A stretch of DNA of 64,000 bases from Ignavibacteria bacterium (GTDB lineage: Bacteria > Bacteroidota > Ignavibacteria > SZUA-365): positions 390,776 through 454,775 of the forward strand of contig JADKJW010000001.1 in the NCBI GenBank assembly GCA_016720835.1. The letters are read 5' to 3'. Within the stretch, counting starts at the first letter, position 1. Every line of letters starts with the position of its first letter. The position numbers were made by a program, and so were the translations under genes. Shown here in pieces: positions 19,895-30,000 of the stretch. The notes beneath the pieces were generated by a model. It saw nothing but the letters and a program-made list of their open reading frames with translations. It had not been told where the DNA came from and made no database searches.

Positions 19895-20396
19895 GCCCGC
19901 CGTCGCCTACCTCGGTCTCGGAAGCAACGTGGGCGACCGCGCCGGAGCCCTGCGCCTTGCCCTGGAGCACCTCTCGCGCCTCCCCTCCACCGACGCGCTC
20001 CGTCTTTCCCCGATCTACGAGACCGAACCGTGGGGCTACCGCGAGCAGGGGCCCTTCCTGAACGCCGTTGCGGAGCTTCGGACCGGATTGTCGGTTGTCG
20101 AGCTGTTCCATGCGTGCAAGCGCATCGAGGCGGCGATGGGCCGCGCGCCCTCCGAGCGCTACCATCCGCGCGTGATCGACATCGACGTCCTCCTGTACGG
20201 CGCCGTCATCCATGCGGATCCCGTCCTGCATGTCCCGCATCCGGAGCTGGCCGCACGGCGTTTTGTGCTGCAGCCCCTCTGCGACCTCGCGCCGGCACTC
20301 ATCCATCCCGTCCTGCACCTCCCCCTCTCGGAACTCCTGATCCTCTGCCCCGATACCGGCGCGGTCGCCCGATTTTTCCGTATCTTCCGTTCATGA
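19881..20396 (+). CDS. folK: 2-amino-4-hydroxy-6-hydroxymethyldihydropteridine diphosphokinase
   Basis: AYLGLGSNVGDRAGALRLALEHL...SPIYETEPWGY...VIDIDVLLYG. Overlaps folB by 14 nt. Confidence 0.85.
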   Translation: MSGAEPAVAYLGLGSNVGDRAGALRLALEHLSRLPSTDALRLSPIYETEPWGYREQGPFLNAVAELRTGLSVVELFHACKRIEAAMGRAPSERYHPRVIDIDVLLYGAVIHADPVLHVPHPELAARRFVLQPLCDLAPALIHPVLHLPLSELLILCPDTGAVARFFRIFRS

Positions 20397-21052
20397 AACG
20401 GGACATCCGCTATATCGCCATCGAGGGCGTGATCGGCGCCGGCAAGACCAGCCTCGCGAAACTGCTGCATGACCGGCTCGAGGGACGCCTGGTGCTCGAG
20501 AAATTCGAGGAGAACCCCTTCCTCGCGCGCTTCTATCAGCATCCGGAGCGCTACGCGTTCCAGACGCAGATCTTTTTCCTGCTGAACCGCTACAAGCAAC
20601 TGCAGCACCTCGCGCAGCAGGAACTGTTCGAGGAGTTCCTGGTGACGGACTACATCTTCGAGAAGGACAAGATCTTCGCGCACCTGAACCTGCAGGACGA
20701 CGAGCTGCAGCTCTACGACACGCTGGTCGGCAGCATCGAGCGCAATCTCGCCAAGCCCGACCTGGTCGTGTACCTGCAGTCGAGCATCGAGCGCCTGATG
20801 GGCAACATCCGGCAGCGCGGGCGCGACTTCGAGCGCGGCATGTCGAAGAAGTACATCTCCGACCTGAACGACGCGTACAACTACTTCTTCTTCCGCTACA
20901 AGTCCACGCCGCTGCTCATCGTGAACTCCACGGAAATCGACTTCGTGAAGGACGAGGAGCAGTTCGAGGACCTCGTGCGGCAGATTCTCAAACCCGATCA
21001 CGTCGCCATCGAATACTACACGCCCCTGTCACGCGGGCGGAAGGAGACCTGA
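20393..21052 (+). CDS. deoxynucleoside kinase
   Basis: MKRDIRYIAIEGVIGAGKTSLAKLL P-loop...ERYAFQTQIFFLLNRYKQ. Overlaps folK by 4 nt. The listed ORF 20030.. is an upstream extension. Confidence 0.8.
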   Translation: MKRDIRYIAIEGVIGAGKTSLAKLLHDRLEGRLVLEKFEENPFLARFYQHPERYAFQTQIFFLLNRYKQLQHLAQQELFEEFLVTDYIFEKDKIFAHLNLQDDELQLYDTLVGSIERNLAKPDLVVYLQSSIERLMGNIRQRGRDFERGMSKKYISDLNDAYNYFFFRYKSTPLLIVNSTEIDFVKDEEQFEDLVRQILKPDHVAIEYYTPLSRGRKET

Positions 21053-21057
21053 TCGCG

Positions 21058-21243
21058 ATGTTCCGCATCATCCTGATGGCCGTCGTCTCGTTTTTCGTGT
21101 TCCGCCTCCTGCAGCGAATGACTTCGCCGCGCTCCATGCACGGCGAGGGATGGTTCGCGCGCAAACCGCGTTCGCGCGAGCGCGCGGAGAAGTACCCCGA
21201 CGCGGTCGACGCGGACTTCGAAGAACTGGACGAAAAAAAGTAG
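21058..21243 (+). CDS. small membrane protein (DUF4834-like)
   Basis: MFRIILMAVVSFFVFRLLQRM... single TM helix followed by a charged tail. Sits between the kinase and the glycosyltransferase on the same strand. Confidence 0.4.
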   Translation: MFRIILMAVVSFFVFRLLQRMTSPRSMHGEGWFARKPRSRERAEKYPDAVDADFEELDEKK

Positions 21244-21273
21244 TCCGGCCTGAAAGGACCGCACCCGGGGATC

Positions 21274-22380
21274 ATGCGAAAGCTCGAAAAGGCGTTCACG
21301 TCCATGCTGTTCGGCGTCCTGCGCGTGTTCATCCGCGTGCGGAAGGTGGGCGCCGTGCCTCGCGCATCCGTGCGGCGCATTCTGGTGATCCGCCAGCACA
21401 ACCAGCTCGGGGACATGCTCTGCGCGGTGCCGCTGCTGCGCGCGCTCCGCGCCACCTATCCCGGCGCGCATCTCGCGCTGCTCGCGCGGCCGCTCAACTG
21501 CGAGGTCCTGCGCGGCGCGGATTTCCTCGACGAGGTGATCGTGTACGACAAGCGCGAGTTCCTGCGCTCGCCCTTCGCGGTGTGGCGTTTCTCGCGCGCG
21601 TTGAAGAAGCGGAACTTCGATCTCGTGCTGTCCCCTTCCACCGTCTCCATGTCCGTCACCACGGATGTGCTCGCCTTCCTCTCGCGCGCGAAACGGCGCG
21701 TCGGCCCCGGCTCGCTGCACGGCAGGAAAAATGTGACCGATTTCCTGTACAACGTGAGGGTGGACCTGGACTGGTCCCGCGATCCCACCGCGCACCAGAC
21801 ACAGCGTAACATCGACCTGGCTTCCATTCTCGTGCTCGAGGACGTCTCCCGGGAACTGACGCTGGGGCTCAGCGACGAGGACATTGCTCGCGGCCGCGAG
21901 CATCTCGATGCACGGCGCGGCACGCATCCGCTCGTGATCGGCTTCCATCCGGGCGCGGCCAAACCCGCGAACCGCTGGGACGCCCTCCGCTTCGCGGAAA
22001 TCGCCAACCGCTGCGCGGAGATCTACGGCGCCTACATCGTCATTTCCTCGGGACCCGACGACGATGAAGCAGTGCGCGAGATGACCCTCAACATGCCGAA
22101 CGAGTACATGCTCCTGACCACGCAGATCCGCCACGTCGCGAGTGTCATCCGGCATTGCGACGCGTTTGTCACCAACGACACCGGCATCATGCATCTTGCG
22201 GCGGCCGCGGGCGCGCCGACCCTGTCGCTGTTCGGCCCCACCGATCCCCTCCAGTGGGCGCCGATCGGCCGGCAGCACCGTTTCATCCTGGGTCAGGGCG
22301 GCACCGTCGACAGCATTCCGGTCGAGAAGGTCTGGAACGTGCTCACCGCCATGCTCCACGACCGCGCGGCGAAGCTTTGA
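21274..22380 (+). CDS. glycosyltransferase family 9 (LPS heptosyltransferase-like)
   Basis: ILVIRQHNQLGDMLCAVPLLRALRATYPGAHLALL..., ...FHPGAAKPANRWD..., TNDTGIMHLAAAAGAPTLSLFGPTDP. Confidence 0.8.
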   Translation: MRKLEKAFTSMLFGVLRVFIRVRKVGAVPRASVRRILVIRQHNQLGDMLCAVPLLRALRATYPGAHLALLARPLNCEVLRGADFLDEVIVYDKREFLRSPFAVWRFSRALKKRNFDLVLSPSTVSMSVTTDVLAFLSRAKRRVGPGSLHGRKNVTDFLYNVRVDLDWSRDPTAHQTQRNIDLASILVLEDVSRELTLGLSDEDIARGREHLDARRGTHPLVIGFHPGAAKPANRWDALRFAEIANRCAEIYGAYIVISSGPDDDEAVREMTLNMPNEYMLLTTQIRHVASVIRHCDAFVTNDTGIMHLAAAAGAPTLSLFGPTDPLQWAPIGRQHRFILGQGGTVDSIPVEKVWNVLTAMLHDRAAKL

Positions 22381-22420
22381 ACACGGATCCATTCACTCCG
22401 CTCCATCACGTCACCATCCC

Positions 22421-23983
22421 ATGCCTTTCAAAGACGCACCCCGTCTCGCCGCCATCGACATCGGCACGAATTCCTTCCACATGATCGTGGCCGCGGTCCG
22501 CGCGAACGGGACCTTCACGGTGCTCGGCCGCGAGAAGGAGGTCGTGCGCCTCGGCGAGGGCTCCACCGACATGAAGCACCTGAGCGACGCGGCCATCACG
22601 CGCGGCATCGCGGTGCTGAAGCGGTTCAAACTCATCGCCGAAAACCACGGGGCGGAGATCCGCGCCGTCGCGACGAGCGCCGTGCGCGAGGCCCTCAATC
22701 GCGAGGCCTTCGTCGAGCGCGTGCGCCGGGACATCGGCGTCGCGGTGGACGTGGTCAGCGGTTTCGAGGAGGCGCGCCTCATCTACCTCGGCGTGCTGCA
22801 GGCGCTCCCCGTCTTCCACAAGCGCGCGTTGCTCGTCGACATCGGCGGCGGAAGCACCGAGTTTCTGCTCGGCAAGGCGGGCGCCGTCCATTTCGCCAAC
22901 AGCCTCAAGCTCGGCGCCGTGCGTCTGACCAACCGCTTTTTCTCCGGAAAAACGCTCCGGCAGAAGGACGTCGACGAATGCCGCACCTGGATCGCCGGCG
23001 CGCTGGATCCGGTGCAGCGCGACCTGCGCGGGCGCGAGATCGACATCGTCGTCGGCTCGTCGGGAACCATCCTGACGATGGCGTCGATGATCCACGCGAC
23101 GCAGGGGCGGGACGTGGACGCCGACGAGGGGGGCCTCGTCATCGCGAAAAAGGATCTGCGCAGAGTCGTCGCGGAATTGCTCGCCGCCGACACCACCGCG
23201 AAGCGCCGCCTCATTCCCGGACTCGATCCCGCGCGCGCGGACATCGTCGTCGCGGGCGCGCTGCTGCTCGAGCGCGTGTTCGACTCGCTCGGCATCAAGG
23301 AGATGGTCACGTCCAAATACGCGCTGCGCGAGGGGCTGCTGCTCGACACGATCCAGAAGAAGTCCGGCGACGAGCGCGCCGTCGCGCGTCTGCGCGACAT
23401 CCGCAAGGCGAGCGTGCGCGAGCTCACCGAAACCTGCCGCGCCGAGCCGCGCCACGCCGCCGCGGTGACGCGCTACGCGCTCGAGATCTTCGACCAGACG
23501 CACGACCTGCACGGCCTCGGGAACACGGAGCGCGAGCACCTCGAGGCGGCGGCCATGCTGCACGATATCGGGTACCACATCTCGCATTCGCTGCACCACC
23601 GGCATTCCTACTACATCATCCGCCACGCGGAAATGCTCGGCTTCACCGAGGGGGAGAAGGAACGCATCGCCAACGTGGCGCGCTACCATCGGAAAAGCCA
23701 TCCGCGGATCAAGCACGAGAACTTCGCGCCGCTGTCCGAGCGCGACAAGGACGTCGTGCGGAAGCTGTCCGCCATCCTCCGCGTCGCGGACGGACTCGAC
23801 CGGCGGCACCGCGGCCTCTTCAACACCATCCTCTGCCTGCAACGCGGGCGGACCATGGTGTTCCAGGTCGCCACCGCGCGGCACACCGACACCTCGCTCG
23901 AGCTCTGGGGCGCCGAGCGGCGCAAGGAGCTGTTCGAGGAAGTGTTCGGCCTCCACGCGGTGTTCGAACTCGCGCCGGCGTGA
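22421..23983 (+). CDS. Ppx/GppA family exopolyphosphatase / guanosine pentaphosphate phosphohydrolase with HD domain
   Basis: LAAIDIGTNSFHMIVAAV...LLVDIGGGSTEF...; C-terminal HD region LHDIGYHISHSLHHRHSYYII. The listed ORF 22142.. is an upstream extension that overlaps the GT9 gene. Confidence 0.85.
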   Translation: MPFKDAPRLAAIDIGTNSFHMIVAAVRANGTFTVLGREKEVVRLGEGSTDMKHLSDAAITRGIAVLKRFKLIAENHGAEIRAVATSAVREALNREAFVERVRRDIGVAVDVVSGFEEARLIYLGVLQALPVFHKRALLVDIGGGSTEFLLGKAGAVHFANSLKLGAVRLTNRFFSGKTLRQKDVDECRTWIAGALDPVQRDLRGREIDIVVGSSGTILTMASMIHATQGRDVDADEGGLVIAKKDLRRVVAELLAADTTAKRRLIPGLDPARADIVVAGALLLERVFDSLGIKEMVTSKYALREGLLLDTIQKKSGDERAVARLRDIRKASVRELTETCRAEPRHAAAVTRYALEIFDQTHDLHGLGNTEREHLEAAAMLHDIGYHISHSLHHRHSYYIIRHAEMLGFTEGEKERIANVARYHRKSHPRIKHENFAPLSERDKDVVRKLSAILRVADGLDRRHRGLFNTILCLQRGRTMVFQVATARHTDTSLELWGAERRKELFEEVFGLHAVFELAPA

Positions 23984-24092
23984 CGAATGCAACAAAGTGC
24001 GCCTTGTTTCGTTCAATGCGAGAAACCGGCGCGATCACCGTTCACACGCGTTTCCGAAACCATCCGACCACATAGATACAGGAGAGAGAGAG

Positions 24093-24845
24093 ATGAGACG
24101 TCAGGGACCACACCACGCACTTCACGCCGCGCTGCTCGCCATCGTGCTCGCGGCCGCGCTTCTTCCTTCGGCACTCCGCGCGCAGGAACGACCGAACGGG
24201 CCGACCGGCGGCTTCGCCGGAGTGCATCTCATGCTCGCGTTTCCGCAGGGCGATTTCAAGAGCAAGGTCAGCGACATCGGTTTCGGAGGCAATTTCGAGC
24301 TCGGCTACGCGCCGCCCGGGATGCCGATCGCGGCGGGACTGCAGCTCGGCTACGTCGTGTACGGCAGCAAGACCTACACCACCCAGTTCAGTGAATTCGT
24401 GCCGGTGTCCGTGGACGTGGATGTCACGAACAGCATCGGACTCCTGCATCTGTTCGTGCGCATGATGCCACCCAAGGGCGACGTGCGGCCCTACGTGGAG
24501 GGACTCCTCGGAGGCAGCCTGTTCAGCACCTCGAGCACCGTGACGAACAGAAACACCAGCGAGGAAATCGCGGGCGACAACAAGAATTCCGACGTCGCCT
24601 TCAGCTACGGCGGCAGCGCCGGCCTCCTCATCCGCGTCTGGTCCGACAACACGAACGAGAACCAGCCCGTCAACATCTACCTCGACGCCCGCGTTCGCTA
24701 CTTCTACGGCGGAAACGCGGAGTACTACACGAACGCCGCGGTATCCCAGCAATCCGATGGCAGGGTGATTTTCGACAAGAAAAATCTGACCTCGTCCAAA
24801 ACCGATTTCGTCACCGGACAGCTCGGCGTCACCTTCGCGTTCTGA
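24093..24845 (+). CDS. outer-membrane beta-barrel protein (OmpA-like barrel / porin family)
   Basis: Signal peptide MRRQGPHHALHAALLAIVLAAALLPSALRAQ. Alternating beta-strand pattern that ends ...GQLGVTFAF, i.e. with a terminal aromatic residue. Confidence 0.7.
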   Translation: MRRQGPHHALHAALLAIVLAAALLPSALRAQERPNGPTGGFAGVHLMLAFPQGDFKSKVSDIGFGGNFELGYAPPGMPIAAGLQLGYVVYGSKTYTTQFSEFVPVSVDVDVTNSIGLLHLFVRMMPPKGDVRPYVEGLLGGSLFSTSSTVTNRNTSEEIAGDNKNSDVAFSYGGSAGLLIRVWSDNTNENQPVNIYLDARVRYFYGGNAEYYTNAAVSQQSDGRVIFDKKNLTSSKTDFVTGQLGVTFAF

Positions 24846-24875
24846 CCGCGCCGCGGTTCCGGACGGGCCTCTCCC

Positions 24876-24910
24876 GCGTCTCCCCTGCCATCTCGAGGCG
24901 GGGGAGACGC
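24876..24910. terminator. GC-rich hairpin (10-bp stem GCGTCTCCCC / GGGGAGACGC) between convergent genes
   Basis: Perfect inverted repeat read directly, followed by CGTCGTTTC. Confidence 0.45.
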
Positions 24911-24917
24911 CGTCGTT

Positions 24918-25610
24918 TCAGCGGGATGCGGAGTAGTCCTCGCGCAGTTCGCGCCCGATCGCGTCGCCGACGCGTCCCGCCGCATCGAGCACCGCGTCCT
25001 GAATCTCCTTTTCCGACATCCGAAAGAACTCGACCGCGTTCAACACGCTCACCGCAGTCCCGACGCCCGGGACGGGAACCACTCCGCCCGGCGTGCTGCG
25101 CAACGCGACGGAATGCCTTTCCGAGTAGTCCCACACGGTCTTCCCCGACCGGCGGTCCACGATGGTGCTGGAGGCCTTCACGTGCAGGTGCAGTCCCGTT
25201 GCGGACGACGTGATGTCGCATTCGTGGAGCAGCGTCTCGACAATGAACGCGGGGTCGTCGCCGACGGACGACACGGTGCGACCGCGCAGGTAGGTGGTGA
25301 CGGTTTTTTCTATGCTCGCGGCAACGGCGGTTGCGACACCAACCGGGCGCACAGCACGATTCAGTTTTTCCTGCGCCTCGCCGGAGAGCACCTCCGATCC
25401 GACCGTTGCAATGGCTTCCACCACCGGATTCCGTCCAGGCGCAGGATCGGAAATTCTGAGACGCACCACGGAGGAGCCGGACTCCACCAGCGGCTGGTAG
25501 AGAAACGTCGCTCCCGTCACATCCACCTTCGCCAGTTCATTCGTGTGGCCGCAACCCATGGCCGCCGTGGCAAGGATGGCCAGCAGACAGAGTTTTGCCG
25601 CAGTCTTCAT
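24918..25610 (-). CDS. hypothetical lipoprotein
   Basis: MKTAAKLCLLAILATAAMGCGH... lipobox-like LAAMGC signal. Confidence 0.6.
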   Translation of the reverse strand: MKTAAKLCLLAILATAAMGCGHTNELAKVDVTGATFLYQPLVESGSSVVRLRISDPAPGRNPVVEAIATVGSEVLSGEAQEKLNRAVRPVGVATAVAASIEKTVTTYLRGRTVSSVGDDPAFIVETLLHECDITSSATGLHLHVKASSTIVDRRSGKTVWDYSERHSVALRSTPGGVVPVPGVGTAVSVLNAVEFFRMSEKEIQDAVLDAAGRVGDAIGRELREDYSASR

Positions 25611-25819
25611 CGCATTCTCCGAGTTTGTGAAGAAACCTCATTCCGCGAGCGCGGTGGAACAGACCCGTTTCCACTGAAACCTCGCGGAAAGGCCGGAATT
25701 CTCCAAATTCGAACGACGATCACTTCGGCTTCATGCGCACATGAGCGCGGTTTCCATTTCCTTCGAATCTGTCCACCGTGGCGGCCGGCTTTCAAACGCG
25801 CGGCGTCGACGTCGCGGCC

Positions 25820-27042
25820 TCACCTGATCAACAGGATAGTGCCCGTTTCCGTCCTGCCGTCGGCGATGAAGCGGTACACACAGACACCTGTGGGGACTGA
25901 GGGCAGCGGCGTAAATTCCACTGCATGCGCGCCGGCTTCGTATTCACCCTCGGCAAGTGTGGCGATTTCTCTTCCGAGCAGAGAATACACGCGGAGAGAC
26001 GCCCGCATTCTCGATGGGAGTGTGAACGTGAACGTGCTGCTGTGGCTGAATGGATTCGGGTAGTTCTGCGCCAGTGTGGGCGTCTCCGAGAGGACAGGCT
26101 GGGCGTCGATAAGTTCGGAGAGCGGACGGCGCCACAGCGAGGTGTAGGTACCTGCGAAAATATACTGAGGCGTAATGGCAATCGCGCGAATCGTGTTCGT
26201 TGGGATGTTGTCTGTAATGTTTTTCCAATTCCTTCCCAAGTCTGTGGAGAGGAAGAGACCACTGTGATAGGTACCGGCAAAGAGGTTGGAACCTGCCACG
26301 GCCAGGCAACCGATGAGATTGTCTGTGATGCCGTTGGAAGCGGCTTCCCAAGAGGTGTCGGTTTCGGACAACATGTACACCGCGTCACCAGTGCTGGCAA
26401 AAACACGGCCGGCGCACGATGCGAGTGCCGTCATGACTTGTGCAGATCCTTCCAGCCCGGAAGGAATGGACTTCCAACTCCTGCCGGAATCGAGCGAACG
26501 GTATACGCCTTCACCTTGGGTACCCAGGTATATTTCGATACTCGTACTGAGAATAGAATAGTAATCCATGTATACGGCTGAGCGCAATATCCCTGAGTCG
26601 GCACGTACCCACGTGATACCGAAATCGGGTGACCGCCAGACGCCCTTGCGATGTGTGCCCGCCACCATCCCCCAGGAATCCACCAACAGGCAACTTGTTT
26701 GTTCTTCGAATTGCTTCGTGTCCGCTCCACCCATGTCTTGCCAAAATCACTGGTGCGGTACAGCCCATCACCCATCGCGGCATAGAGTGTATCGTGATAC
26801 AGCGCCATGGTACTGACACCTTTCTTCATTGTTGAATCAGGTGGCAGCCAGGATTGTCCCTCATCGGGAGATTGAATGATACCTTTGGCCTCCTGGTAGC
26901 CGTACACTCGGGCGCCATGAGCGATTACATACGTTGTCTTGTTGCTGTCGCATAGCAGCCATTGGGCTTGCATGAGTTGTATACATGCGCAAAGAAGTAG
27001 TGTCGAAATGAAAGACGTTTTCATCGCAGAGTCGAGCTTCAC
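25820..27042 (-). pseudogene. BNR/Ycf48-like beta-propeller T9SS cargo protein, split by an apparent frameshift near 26735
   Basis: ORF 26431..27042 has the signal peptide MKTSFISTLLLCACIQLMQAQ and TSDFGKTW. ORF 25820..26734, in another frame, continues with SPDFGITW, SLDSGRSW, STDLGRNW and ends with the T9SS CTD AQNYPNPFSHSSTFTFTLPSRMRASLRVYSLLGREIATL...GVCVYRFIADGRTETGTILLIR. The second piece has no signal peptide of its own. Paralogous to 1330..2616. Confidence 0.55.
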
Positions 27043-30000
27043 TTGTGTATGATGAAAATACCCGAAGCGGCTTCAGTGCCAACGCGCAGATTATACCCGT
27101 AGACGCCTGATATGAGGCCGCCTGGCAGACGGAAAGGAATGGTATACGTGCCGGCCGATTGGTGGCCATCGACGAGTACGACGACCTCCTCGCCTAGCAT
27201 GGTATAGAGTTTCAGTGTGACGAACTCGTCGCCCTTGAGCGTAAATCGAAATGACACACTCGTAGAAGCAGGATTTGGAAATATTGCCACCTGAATCGAT
27301 GGGTCGAGGGGATGGTGTTGCGACTTCTGCTGTGCTGTGTCGAGCCACAGTTTCGGAAATATCGAGACCGATGGCCGCATCCTGTAATAGGCGGCTCGGA
27401 GTGCAAGTGCCGTGTGCATTTTCACAACGCCGTATCCGGATGCTCGCATGTCGATGATCGCCTGCTCCATTCCAGCAGTGTCGAACTCAGCCATGCAGAT
27501 GAGTTGCTGCAGCGCGATGATGCGTTTTGCGCATTCCGTGCCGGAATGCAATGAGCGTATATCCGCCACTATCAAGCGGGCAGCGTGGATGTCGCCCGCC
27601 TCGACAAATACGTTTGCCAAGGCTTCTCGAAACACTGCTTTTCGCGGCAGGTTAGTAGACACGCGTATCGCCTCTGATAAATAACTGCCAAGCCGCGTGA
27701 GATTGCTTCGCAGTGAATCGGGCTGCTTCACCCCATACGTCAGTTCTTCACGAAGGAGGTGATTTGTCAACACCGCAGTGCTCGTTTCGTCAGTGAAGGC
27801 AGAAAGCGCCTGCCCGACTACTTTATAGGATGACAGGGGATCCTGAACGCGCCGAAAGGAGGTTGCCAACTTCAAAACGCTGTCCAGAGCTTGTCGAGTA
27901 CCTGCCTGCAGTTTTAACAATCCGAAAGGGACCTGATTATTATGACGCAGCGCAACAGGCATTATGCTTCGAGCAAAGACAATCGATGTTCCGCACACCG
28001 GGTTACAGGCGGCATCCAGGGATTGATTACAGAGCGCACTGTCGCACAGGATGGTATTGAGAAAGTTCAGCCCTCCGAAGAAACGCGTTTTCTGATCAAG
28101 ATTTAACACGCCATAGGTTACTCCATTACATTCCTCCTGCGGAGTTTCACCCCAGTAATTTCCCTTCAACCAGGCGAAGGAACTATCCCCGCTGATTACT
28201 CTCGCGACATCGGGATTCGAATGACTGAACTCGTTCCAGTTCATTTCCTTGCTGTCCACAGGTGTATTGATCGTGGAGCAATCAGTAAGCACCGCCTGCG
28301 CGGAATATTCCGAGTATCCCCAGGTGCACGGCCCGTTGTTCCGGAATACGTTGTGCCCCAGCGTGTCCCCGGAATCGGGCCGCAGAATATACTGCGAGTG
28401 GTCAAAGCCGTTGATCCCGCGAAGCTCGTTCTCCGAAATGCAGTTCCGGTACAGATTCATGCCTCCGGTGTATCCCGTGCTCACACCCTGAAAGTTGTGA
28501 AATATGTTGTTCCCTGTGAGTATGCCGTCGCTCCCATTATTGGCAATCCCTGTGAACCAGCCACCGTACACGCAAGAACTGTCGATGCGGAGCCTTGAAC
28601 GAATTGGCGGGCTTGATTGCAGAAAAACTCCGTCACCGGCCTTGTCGACGGTGGAATCCCGGAAAATGACGCAATGCGAGATGCGGTTCTCGATATTCGC
28701 GCAACCGTACACCTGCAATGCGCTCCCGTGCAGTGAGGAGTCGTTCGTGTAGATGTCCGCGATTGCGCAATGATCCAGGGCGATAGAGGCATCTGTCCCA
28801 CCGATAAATATCCCTGACCATTGTTCCCTCCCACCGCCTTGCAGGAAGGATCCGCGGAAATTCGTGTATGTCGCAGACAATGAGCCGAACACGTCCATCG
28901 GCCCGCGAGTTGAATCGATCGAGCGGAACAGCATCGTTGCGGGGGTCACTTCCTCCCCCGTTACCATAACCGTTCCAGGGGCATATACGAGAAGATTCGG
29001 AATTCCGTCGATTGTACTTGCCTTCCGCACCTTCAATGAAGGCGAAGTGCCGGTTGAAACGACGATTGCCCGTAGCGAATCCGCGAAAACGAACTGTCCT
29101 GAGTCGAAAACGAGCGAGCCGTTGATATTGATCGCCCTGCCGGAATCGAATGAGAGAATCCCACCTCTCAAGAAGGTGAGCTCTTCGCCATCTGCAATCT
29201 GCAAATCCGTGTTCCAGTGAATCCGCGCTTGTTCGATGCTTCCGCTCCCGCGAAATACCCCGGCTCCCGTAACGTTCAGGAACGCGCCGCTCTCGAAGCG
29301 GATCACCGACCTGGAAGTGTCGTTGGAGAACAAACGGAACACATTCGTCGTATCGACCGAGAGAGTGTCGGTCAAGCGGAGAGTGGATCCGTGCTCTATT
29401 TCCATTTCCACGTATCGTGAGTATGTATTCCAGTTCTCGAGCGCATGCTCTCCGCTTTCCGCTTCGAGCACGACACATTGGCCGGGGACCGCCTGGCGCA
29501 GCGCCGAATCGACGGTGGGATACACGGAGGGGACGTAGAGATTCCGCAGGGCGCGAAAGGCATTCACTCTTCCCCAGCCGTATTCCCGATGCGGCAGTGT
29601 GTCCCCCATGGCGGGCAGCCGGTCAGCGCTGAGATGAAGTGTTGAACGGATTTGATGGAGCGTAAGCTCTTTATTCAATGAAAGTAATAATGCTACAACC
29701 CCGGTTACATGGGGTGCAGCTCCTGACGTACCGTCAAAATAGCCGTCATAAGCGCCGCTCATGATTGTGGTTATTACCCTTGTAGGAGCCACGACATCAA
29801 GGCCATTCCCGTAGCTGCTCCCGTTCATAAATGAAACCCAACGCGATTGAAACTGTGTCCAATCAGAAACGGCGCCTACAGAAATCACAAGCGAATCTGA
29901 AGCTGGATACTCGAGTGAGTCTTTATCACCATTTCCAGATGAAGCAACAAGAAGTATTTTATAAACACGAGAGGCCGAGTCGAGAGCTTCAGCAAGGTAC

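Noticed and set aside
20030-21052. Long N-terminal extensions of the deoxynucleoside kinase ORF, and likewise 22142..23983 (ppx), 43288..45228 (M28), 42207..43400 (TolB-like), 62313..63083 (rlpA), 49890..50915 (truA), 38066..38497 (yajC)
   Set aside because: The extensions overlap the upstream genes and lack signal or family features. The downstream internal starts give proteins matching family N-termini or signal peptides
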